Shown: positions 56,608-64,000 of the stretch, one piece after another
Layout of the letters: the number at the start of each line of letters is the position of its first letter
Position numbering within the stretch: the first letter of the stretch is position 1
Source: Actinomycetota bacterium
Lineage (GTDB): Bacteria > Actinomycetota > UBA4738 > HRBIN12
DNA length: 64,000 nucleotides
Assembly: GCA_035463115.1 (NCBI GenBank)
Contig: DATHTO010000090.1
Location: 8,126 to 72,125 of the forward strand
Direction of reading: 5' to 3'
Translations under genes and position numbers: made by a program
Notes under the pieces: generated by a model
Told to the model about the DNA's origin: nothing
What the model saw: only the letters and a program-made list of their open reading frames with translations
Database searches by the model: none

Positions 56608-57455
56608 GCGCGATCGCGGTCCCACGGCGCCGCGTCGACGCGCGTCGTCGGCGACGGGCGATCGATTCCGCGATCGACGGAGGACTCGGCGGGTTCGCCG
56701 CCCTGCTGTACGCCTTCCTGTACCTGCCGATCGTCGTCGTCGTGCTGTACGCGTTCAACGACTCCAGGCAGGTGGCCGTCTGGCAAGGGTTCGGGACCCG
56801 GTGGTGGAGCATCGCGTGGGGCGACGCCGCGATCGTCGACGCCCTCGTGCTGTCGGGATGGACGGCGGCCGTGAACGCCGTGCTCGCGACGACGCTCGGC
56901 ACGGCGGCGGCGCTCGGCCTGCGGAACGCCGGCCGGCGGACCCGCGCGGCGTTCGACGCCTTGCTGTTCTCGGCGCTCGTCATCCCCGAGATCGTGATCG
57001 CGATCGCGTCACTGCTGTTCTTCTCGACGACCGTCCCGTCGCTCCTCGGCCCCACCGCCATCGTGCTGACGCACGCCGTGTTCAACACGTCGGTGGTCAC
57101 GTTGATCTGCCGGGCTCGCCTGGCGAACACCGACCGGACGGCCGAGGAGGCCGCGATGGACCTCGGCGCGCCGCGATGGGAGACGCTCGGACGCGTCACG
57201 CTGCCGCTCCTGGCGCCCGCGATCGCGGCCGGCTTCCTGTTGTCGTTCACGTTCTCGTTCGACGACGTCGTACTGTCGACGTTCGTGTCGACGGCGGGCT
57301 CGTCGACGCTGCCGCTCGCGATCTTCTCGGAACTCCGGTTCGGGCTGTCGCCCAAGGCGAACGTGATCGCCACGTCGATGCTCGGCGTCACGCTCGTCGC
57401 CGTCGTCACGGCGCAGCTGCTCCTGCGGCGCGGCCGCGCGGAGGAACGGCGTTGA
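56604..57455 (+). CDS. ABC transporter permease (PotC-like)
   Basis: GTG 56604 overlaps the previous stop (GTGA). EAA loop AEEAAMDLGAPRWETLGRVTLP. Confidence 0.85.
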   Translation: MSAIAVPRRRVDARRRRRAIDSAIDGGLGGFAALLYAFLYLPIVVVVLYAFNDSRQVAVWQGFGTRWWSIAWGDAAIVDALVLSGWTAAVNAVLATTLGTAAALGLRNAGRRTRAAFDALLFSALVIPEIVIAIASLLFFSTTVPSLLGPTAIVLTHAVFNTSVVTLICRARLANTDRTAEEAAMDLGAPRWETLGRVTLPLLAPAIAAGFLLSFTFSFDDVVLSTFVSTAGSSTLPLAIFSELRFGLSPKANVIATSMLGVTLVAVVTAQLLLRRGRAEERR

Positions 57456-58024
57456 GCGCCGGCGTCGACGACGAGCTGGTGCTCGGCGCGCGGATCCGAT
57501 CGATCCGGGAGGGCAAGGGCAGGAGCCTGCGTTCCGTGGCCGAGGCCGCAGGGGTGTCCGAGAGCTTCCTCTCGCAGGTCGAACGAGGCGTCGCGAGCCC
57601 GTCGGTGGCGTCGCTCCGGGGGATCGCCGAGGCTCTGGGCGAGTCGATCGCGAGCTTCTTCGAGGAGCGCGACGGCGGCTCGCTCGGGCAGCTCGTGCGG
57701 GTGGCGGACCGGCGTCGGCTCGTCCATCCGAAGCGGCACTGGATCGACCTGATCCTCACGCCGAGGAGTTCGACGAAGCTCCAGGTCATCATGTCGATCG
57801 TGGAGCCGGGACAGGGATCGGGGGACGAGCCGTACGCCCACGATTCCGACGAGGAATGCGTCCTGATCCTCGAGGGCACGCTCCGGTTCTGGGTCGGCGA
57901 CGAGGAGTACCTGCTCGAGGAGGGCGACACGCTGCTGTTCGAGAGCCGCGTGCCGCATCGGAACGTCAACCCCGGTCCGGGCAGGACCGAGGTGCTGTGG
58001 ATCACGACGCCGCCGTCGTACTGA
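57452..58024 (+). CDS. XRE-family HTH + cupin domain transcriptional regulator (PuuR-like architecture)
   Basis: TTG 57452 overlaps the permease stop (TTGA). LGARIRSIREGKGRSLRSVAEAAGVSESFLSQVERG HTH. C-terminal cupin (EECVLILEGTL...GDTLLFESRVPHR). Confidence 0.8.
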   Translation: MSAGVDDELVLGARIRSIREGKGRSLRSVAEAAGVSESFLSQVERGVASPSVASLRGIAEALGESIASFFEERDGGSLGQLVRVADRRRLVHPKRHWIDLILTPRSSTKLQVIMSIVEPGQGSGDEPYAHDSDEECVLILEGTLRFWVGDEEYLLEEGDTLLFESRVPHRNVNPGPGRTEVLWITTPPSY

Positions 58025-58087
58025 GGCCGGCGCTGCCGCGGGCAGACGCCGCGCGGGCGGTTCGTCGGCGTCCGTAGACTCGCGTGC

Positions 58088-58654
58088 GTGGGGCACCGAC
58101 CCGCACAGCAGCGTCTCCCGGTCGAGTTCCACGACCTGGTCGACGGATCTCGCGCGTTCACGATCGTGGCGCTCGAACTGTCCGATGGGACCGTCGCGCC
58201 GCGCGTGGTCGTGACGACCGACGGCAGGATCGCCGGGATCGACGGCAAGGACCGCGGCCCGGGTGGTACCCCGCCGCCCACGGACATCCGAGAGGACGAG
58301 ATCGTCGCCGCGAGACCCGTCGGTGGCGTGTTCTCGCGAGGTCGATGGCGTCGACGCGAGCTCGGCGTCGCGCCGCGGCTCCGGATCCGCGCGTGGTCGC
58401 ACGACCCCGACGACCGGTACGCCCACCTGCGCCCGGTCGTCCGGTTCGAGCAGCTCCGCGGGAACAAGCTGCTGCGCGACCTGCGTGCGTCGGATCGGCC
58501 GCCCCGGGCGGTGTTCGCGGCGCCGCTCGACCTCGACGGTCTGCGCGCCGACTACGAGCTGCCGTCGTCGCTCCACCTGCGAGGCGAGGTCGACGCGATC
58601 GTCGATCGGAACACGCGCGCCGAGATCGTCGGCACGCGAGGCGTCAAGCGATAG
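58088..58654 (+). CDS. hypothetical protein
   Basis: 188 aa, GTG start, strong GC3 bias. No motif recognised. Confidence 0.5.
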   Translation: MGHRPAQQRLPVEFHDLVDGSRAFTIVALELSDGTVAPRVVVTTDGRIAGIDGKDRGPGGTPPPTDIREDEIVAARPVGGVFSRGRWRRRELGVAPRLRIRAWSHDPDDRYAHLRPVVRFEQLRGNKLLRDLRASDRPPRAVFAAPLDLDGLRADYELPSSLHLRGEVDAIVDRNTRAEIVGTRGVKR

Positions 58655-58657
58655 CCG

Positions 58658-60607
58658 TCACGCGGTCGCGACGACCGCGAGGACCTCGTCGGCGTACCGC
58701 TCGAGCTTCGCCGGCCCGACCCCGGTGACGTCGGCGAGCTGCCCGCGGGTCGACGGCTTGCGCTCGGCGATCTCGGCGAGGGTCGCGTCCTTGAAGACGA
58801 CGTAGGCCGGCACCCCGTCGGCGGATGCGCGCTCCCGTCGCCACGCCTTGAGCCGGTCGAACAGCGGGCCGTTCGACGGCGCCGTCACGCGCGGCCGCGA
58901 CGACGAGGATCCCGATCCGCGGGTCGATCGGCCGAGCGGTTCCGCGGAGATGACGCCGAGCTCGCGCAGGAACGGGCTCGGCGAGGTCTTCGGATCGCGC
59001 GGCCATGACAGGTACAGGTGCGTCCGCGCGCGGGTGATGCCGACGTAGAAGAGACGACGCTCCTCGTCGGGATCGGCGGCCGACCGTTGGGACCGGAACG
59101 GCAGCTCCCGATCGAGCAGCCGCGGAAGGAACACCACGTCGAACTCGAGGCCCTTCGCGCGATGGTAGGTCAGCAGCTGGACGCCCCGCCCGCTCTTCTC
59201 GGTGTGGAACCGCGCGGTGAGCTCCGTGACGAACCCCTCGATCGATCCGGCGCCGCCGTTGGCGGCCGTGTACTCGGCGGCGAGCGAGCGCAGCCGCGCG
59301 AGGTCGGCCTGTCGCGTCACCTCGTCGTCGGCGTCGGGGTCGGCCTCGGCCGAGTATCCGAGCGCGTCGGTGACGGCGACGACGGCGTCGGCCACGCCGG
59401 CCCCGGCGCCCGCGCGCCGCAGGCGGGCGAGCACGCCGCGCGGGCCTGGCCGCCGCAGGAACGACCCGTCACGGACCTGGTACGCGATCCCGGCCTTCGC
59501 GAACGCCTCTTCGTACGGTTCGGAACGGGCGTTGATCCGGTAGATCACGGCGACGGACTCCGGGGGAACGCCGTCGGCGATCAGCCGCTGCGCTTCGGCG
59601 ACCACGAACGCGACCTCGTCGTCGGGACCCGGAAGCCCCCGCGCCGTGGGGTTCGGACCGTCGGGGCGGGTCGGCTTGAGCTCCTTGCGGAACCCGCCGA
59701 GCCTCGTCGCGAGCCGGTTCGCCACCGCCAGGACCTGGGGCGAGGACCGGTAGTTCGTCTCGAGCCGGACCACGGTCGCGGTCGGATACCGCTCGGGGAA
59801 CGACAGCAGGTGCCGGGGCGACGCGCCCGTGAACGTGTAGATCGTCTGGTAGTCGTCGCCGACGACGCAGACGTCGTCGCGCCCGCCCAACCACCGCAGC
59901 AGCAGCTCGTGCTGGAGCGTGTTGACGTCCTGGTACTCGTCGACGGTGAAGGCGTGCAGGCGGTCGTGGAGCTCCCGAGCCGACGCCGGACGCTCGTCGA
60001 ACAGCTCGACGGCCAGCCGCAGCATGTCCTCGAAGTCGATGCGCTCGGCTCGCGTCTTGCGGCGCTCGTAGCCGTCGTAGACCCGGTGCATCATCTCGGC
60101 CGGGATCGGCGGCTCGTGGCCGGTGCGGGTGAGTTCGTCGAGGTAGCGCGACGGTGGGATCAGCCGGTTCTTGGCCCATTCGATCTCGGTCGCGAGCTCG
60201 CCGCGGGGCATGAACCGGTGCGGCGGGGGGAGCCCGTTCGCGAGCGACGCGATCAGCGGCGCCTTGTGGTCGAGGATGTCGGGGAGCGCCGATCCGACGT
60301 GCGTGGGCCACGCGCGTGACAGCTGCGACAGCGCAGCGGCGTGGAACGTGCGTGCCTCGACCCCCGAGACGCCGAGCCGGCCGAGTCGGGCGCGCAGCTC
60401 ACCTGCAGCCTTCTCGGTGAACGTCACCGCGAGGATCTGCGCGGAGGTGAACGTGCGCGTCGCGACCTGGTACGCGATGCGGTGCGTGATCGCGGTGGTC
60501 TTCCCGGTTCCTGCTCCCGCGAGGATCGCGACCGGCCCGCGGACCGTCGTCGCGGCCTCGCGCTGCTCGTCGTTCAGCGGAGCGAGGATGCCTTCCGGCG
60601 AGACCAC
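58658..60607 (-). CDS. UvrD/PcrA-family DNA helicase with C-terminal HRDC domain (UvrD2-like architecture)
   Basis: Start at GTG 60607 (VVSPEGILAPLNDEQ...). About 649 aa. GAGTGKTT, DEYQDVN. C-terminal HRDC (LKAWRRERA...VFKDATLAEIAERKP...VTGVGPAKLERY). Confidence 0.85.
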   Translation of the reverse strand: MVSPEGILAPLNDEQREAATTVRGPVAILAGAGTGKTTAITHRIAYQVATRTFTSAQILAVTFTEKAAGELRARLGRLGVSGVEARTFHAAALSQLSRAWPTHVGSALPDILDHKAPLIASLANGLPPPHRFMPRGELATEIEWAKNRLIPPSRYLDELTRTGHEPPIPAEMMHRVYDGYERRKTRAERIDFEDMLRLAVELFDERPASARELHDRLHAFTVDEYQDVNTLQHELLLRWLGGRDDVCVVGDDYQTIYTFTGASPRHLLSFPERYPTATVVRLETNYRSSPQVLAVANRLATRLGGFRKELKPTRPDGPNPTARGLPGPDDEVAFVVAEAQRLIADGVPPESVAVIYRINARSEPYEEAFAKAGIAYQVRDGSFLRRPGPRGVLARLRRAGAGAGVADAVVAVTDALGYSAEADPDADDEVTRQADLARLRSLAAEYTAANGGAGSIEGFVTELTARFHTEKSGRGVQLLTYHRAKGLEFDVVFLPRLLDRELPFRSQRSAADPDEERRLFYVGITRARTHLYLSWPRDPKTSPSPFLRELGVISAEPLGRSTRGSGSSSSRPRVTAPSNGPLFDRLKAWRRERASADGVPAYVVFKDATLAEIAERKPSTRGQLADVTGVGPAKLERYADEVLAVVATA

Positions 60608-60709
60608 GGCGGCGACCCTACCAGCGGTGTCCGACGCGCCCGGCCGTCCGCGGCCGAACGCAGAGGTCCACCGTCCGCGTGAACGGCGAGCCGCCGTAGG
60701 CTGGACGTC

Positions 60710-62131
60710 ATGACCCCCCTTGCCGACGCACCGATCACCCTCGGCGACCTGCGGGCCGCCGGGTACGCCGACCGCACCGTGAAGGAGGAGCTCCGCTCCA
60801 ACCTCCTCGCCAGGATGTCCGAGCGCGAGGGGCTCTTCCCCGGCATCCTCGGGTTCGACGACACGGTCGTGCCTGCGCTCGAACGCGGGATCCTGGCGGG
60901 CCACGATCTGATCCTGCTCGGCGAGCGCGGTCAGGCGAAGACGCGCCTCGTCCGCGCGGTCGTCAACCTCCTTGACGAAACGGTCCCCGCGATCGAGGGA
61001 TGCGAGATCAACGACGATCCATTCCGACCGATCTGCGCGCGATGCCGCTCGCTGGTGTTCGAGGAAGGCGACGCGACGCCGATCGTCTGGCTCTCGCGCG
61101 ACGATCGGTACGCCGAGAAGCTGGCGACGCCCGACACGAGCGTCGCCGATCTGATCGGCGACGTCGACCCGATCCGCGTCGCCGAAGGGCGCTACCTCGG
61201 TGACGAGCTCACGATCCACTACGGCATGATCCCGCGGACGCACCGCGGGATCGTGGCCATCAACGAGCTCCCGGATCTCCCCGAGCGGATCCAGGTGTCG
61301 TTGTTCAACATCCTGGAGGAACGAGACGTGCAGATCCGCGGGTACCGGATCCGCCTGCCGCTCGACATCCTGCTCGTCGCCACGGCGAACCCCGACGACT
61401 ACACGCACCGCGGACGCATCGTGTCGCCGCTGAAGGACCGCTTCGGAACCCAGGTTCGCACGCACTACCCCGAGACGCCGGGCGACGAGATCTCGATCAT
61501 GGACCAGGAGGTGCGTCCACCGGCCGGCGACGTCGCCGTGCGCGTGCCGGTCTTCATGAAGGAGATCGTCGCGTCGCTCACGCAGGAGCTCCGCCGTTCG
61601 CCGCACGTGAACCACCGCAGTGGCATCAGCGTGCGGTACTCGATCGGGAACCTCGAGACGTTGGTCGCCGCGGCGGTCCGACGGGCGGCGCGGACCGGCG
61701 AGCCCGAAGCCGTGCCGCGCGTCGTCGACCTCCCCGCCGTCCTCATGTCGTCGGAAGGCCGCATCGAGTTCGACACGATCGAGGAAGGACGGGAGGACGA
61801 GATCCTGCTGCGCGCCCTGCGGAACGCGGAGCTCGAGGTGTTCCGTCGGCGTTTGTCCGGCTACGATTTCTCGGCGTTGCTCTCGCGGTTCGAGCAGGGG
61901 CTCGCGGTGGAGACGAGCGACCTGACGACGGCGAGCGATCTGCTCGCCGGCGTCGGCGACCTGCCCGGCCTCGCGAAGATGCTCGAGCGGCTCGGCGTGG
62001 AGGAGGAGAGCCCGGGCGTCGCTGCGAGCGCGATCGAGTTCGCGCTCGAGGGCCTGCACCTGTCGCGGCGGCTGAACAAGGACGCCGGCGCCGGCATCAC
62101 GCTCTACGAGGCCCCGTCGAGCGGTCCGTGA
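60710..62131 (+). CDS. ChlI/MoxR-like AAA+ ATPase (Mg-chelatase-subunit-like)
   Basis: 473 aa. Walker A LLGERGQAKT, Walker B GIVAINELPDL, LLVATANP, SPLKDRF. Confidence 0.8.
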   Translation: MTPLADAPITLGDLRAAGYADRTVKEELRSNLLARMSEREGLFPGILGFDDTVVPALERGILAGHDLILLGERGQAKTRLVRAVVNLLDETVPAIEGCEINDDPFRPICARCRSLVFEEGDATPIVWLSRDDRYAEKLATPDTSVADLIGDVDPIRVAEGRYLGDELTIHYGMIPRTHRGIVAINELPDLPERIQVSLFNILEERDVQIRGYRIRLPLDILLVATANPDDYTHRGRIVSPLKDRFGTQVRTHYPETPGDEISIMDQEVRPPAGDVAVRVPVFMKEIVASLTQELRRSPHVNHRSGISVRYSIGNLETLVAAAVRRAARTGEPEAVPRVVDLPAVLMSSEGRIEFDTIEEGREDEILLRALRNAELEVFRRRLSGYDFSALLSRFEQGLAVETSDLTTASDLLAGVGDLPGLAKMLERLGVEEESPGVAASAIEFALEGLHLSRRLNKDAGAGITLYEAPSSGP

Positions 62132-62178
62132 CGGGATCGCGGCCTGCCGACGCGACCGGATCGTAGGATCCGCGCGCG

Positions 62179-62574
62179 ATGTCGGGACTCCACAGGATCC
62201 TCGGGTTCGTCGTCGTCGCGGTGTTCGCCGTGGGATGGCTCTGGCCGCTCGGCGCGCTGACGATCCGACGCCGACCGGGCGAGGCGTACTGGGGGTGGCT
62301 GACCGTCGCGCAGGTCGTCGCCGGGATCCAAGCGCTGGTCGGTCTGATCCTGCTCGCGATCGTCGGACGGCCTCCCGGTGGCGACTGGCTGCACCTCGTC
62401 TACGGGTTCGGGCCGATCCTGATCCTCGTGATCGCGCACGCGCTCGCGCGGGAGGGCCAGAAGGTCAAGGAAGGCGCCGAGCCGATCCCGCCGCACCTGT
62501 GGTTCGCGTTCGGCGCGTTCATCTCGTTCGGACTGTCGCTCCGAGCGCTGATGACCGGCCTGGGGATCGGCTGA
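62179..62574 (+). CDS. small integral membrane protein (4 TM)
   Basis: 131 aa. Four hydrophobic segments. GC3 bias. No family recognised. Confidence 0.55.
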   Translation: MSGLHRILGFVVVAVFAVGWLWPLGALTIRRRPGEAYWGWLTVAQVVAGIQALVGLILLAIVGRPPGGDWLHLVYGFGPILILVIAHALAREGQKVKEGAEPIPPHLWFAFGAFISFGLSLRALMTGLGIG

Positions 62575-62640
62575 GGCGCCGGGCTGCCGGCTCCGGCGCC
62601 GCCCTCACCGTTCGTCGGGAGCTGACCTAGGCTGGTCGGG

Positions 62641-64000
62641 ATGGCTCCGCGCCCCTCCCACCCTTCACGGTCGTCGCGCTATTCCCGCTGGGACGGCACC
62701 CAGGACCCGTTCGGGCCCGACGTTCCGGCCGCCGACGTTCTCGAGGAGCTTGCCGACGACGTCCTGATGGGCGACTCGGCCGAGGCCGCGCTCCAGCGGC
62801 TCCTGCGGCGCGGCATGCGCGGCCGGTTCTCGGGTCTCGACGCCCTCCGGCGCCGCCTGCAGCAGCGCCGCGACGACGATCGAGCCGCCCTCAACCTCGC
62901 CGGTCCCCTCGAGGAGATCCGTGACCGGCTCGAGGAGATCCTCGATCGTGAACGCTCGCACCTCTCGTTCGAGGCGACGGATGACGCGCGCATGCGTGAG
63001 TCGTTCTTGGAGGCGCTCCCGCCGGACCTGCCGGGGCAGCTCGCGGAGCTCCGCGACTACCGCTTCACCGACGCCGAGGCCCAGCGGATGTTCGACCAGC
63101 TGATGGAGGGTCTCCAGCAGCAGGTGTTGGGTTCGTACTTCCGGCAGCTGAGCGACGGCATGAAGAACGTGACGCCCGAGGAGATGGCTCGGCTGAAGGA
63201 CATGCTCGCCGACCTCAACGGTCTCCTCGAGATGCGCGCCAGAGGCGAGGACACCCAACAGGCCTTCGGGGAGTTCATGGGACGGCACGGTGATCTCGTG
63301 CCCGGCGACCCCCGGACCCTGGACGAGCTGCTCGAGCAGATGGCGCGACGGATGGCCGCGATGTCGAGGCTGCTCGCGTCGCTCTCGCCGGATCAGCGGC
63401 GCGAGCTGCGTGCCCTCCTGTCGCAGGTCACGCAGGACATGGACCTGGCTTTCGAGCTCGATCGACTCTCGGCGAACCTGCAGGGGGCGTTCCCGGGCAT
63501 GCCGTGGGACGAGCCGACCTGGGGTGAGGGCGACGACGCCACGCCGATGCAGGCGACCGTCGACGCGCTCGAACGCCAGCACGAGCACGAGGAGCTCGAG
63601 CGGTCGCTCACCGGCGACTACGCCGGCGCGTCGCTCGACGACGTCGACGAGGAGGCCCTCCGACGCACGCTGGGCGAGCCGGCGGTCCAGGACCTCCGGC
63701 GGCTCAAGCGGATCGAGGACATGCTGGAGCAGGCCGGGCTCGTGCAGCGTCGCGGCGGGCGGCTCGAGCTCACGCCACGAGGCGCCCGGAAGATGGGCGA
63801 GCGAGCCCTGACGCGGGTCTTCGAACGCCTGCAGCGCGACCGCGAGGGGACCCACGAGGCGCGCGACCCCGGCGGCCTCGCGGAACCGACCGGGGCGACG
63901 CGCCCCTGGCGGTTCGGTGACCACGGGCAGATCGCGGTGCAGCGGACCGTCTTCAACGCCGTGACGCGTGGCGGCGCGAGGGCCGCGTCGCGCGTCTCGA
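62641..64000 (+). CDS. N-terminal part of a large protein, probably the vWA-domain partner of the ChlI-like ATPase (partial; runs off the window)
   Basis: Hand translation from ATG 62641 (MAPRPSHPSRSSRYSRWDGTQDPFGPD...) stays open to base 64000, so it is absent from the ORF track. Strong GC3 bias. The vWA assignment rests on gene order only, because that domain would lie beyond the window. Confidence 0.55.
   Translation, partial: MAPRPSHPSRSSRYSRWDGTQDPFGPDVPAADVLEELADDVLMGDSAEAALQRLLRRGMRGRFSGLDALRRRLQQRRDDDRAALNLAGPLEEIRDRLEEILDRERSHLSFEATDDARMRESFLEALPPDLPGQLAELRDYRFTDAEAQRMFDQLMEGLQQQVLGSYFRQLSDGMKNVTPEEMARLKDMLADLNGLLEMRARGEDTQQAFGEFMGRHGDLVPGDPRTLDELLEQMARRMAAMSRLLASLSPDQRRELRALLSQVTQDMDLAFELDRLSANLQGAFPGMPWDEPTWGEGDDATPMQATVDALERQHEHEELERSLTGDYAGASLDDVDEEALRRTLGEPAVQDLRRLKRIEDMLEQAGLVQRRGGRLELTPRGARKMGERALTRVFERLQRDREGTHEARDPGGLAEPTGATRPWRFGDHGQIAVQRTVFNAVTRGGARAASRVS

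Overview
High-GC actinobacterial-type chromosomal segment (about 70-72% GC in hand-counted 60-nt lines), gene-dense on both strands. I call about 58 protein-coding genes, one tRNA-Pro(CGG) and a few hairpin terminators. Most of the very long ORFs in the six-frame track are stop-poor antisense or off-frame artefacts of the GC content. I chose real genes by recognisable motifs, third-position GC bias and start/stop coupling (ATGA/GTGA overlaps).

Most of the content is core housekeeping:
- rpsD
- a class A PBP with PASTA domains, flanked by a metallophosphoesterase and a WhiB-like gene
- selA-selB
- an isolated nuoD
- an AdnAB-like helicase-nuclease pair
- a UvrD/HRDC helicase
- photolyase
- a P-type ATPase
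- an ECF sigma factor with a putative anti-sigma
- a polyamine-type ABC importer
- a ChlI-like ATPase with its probable vWA partner

The part worth a second look is a lower-GC island of about 4.5 kb (about 42.8-47.3 kb; 48-62% GC in counted lines). It carries two paralogous orphan polytopic HisKA_3 sensor kinases and a polytopic membrane protein. It also carries three 28-codon genes, too short to appear in the supplied ORF track, that encode signal-peptide-like peptides with an invariant C-terminal GGAHFRAG. The island sits next to a large SARP / cyclase-like / AAA / TPR regulator. I do not recognise this peptide-kinase module as a described system. I saw no CRISPR array, transposase, integrase or rRNA.
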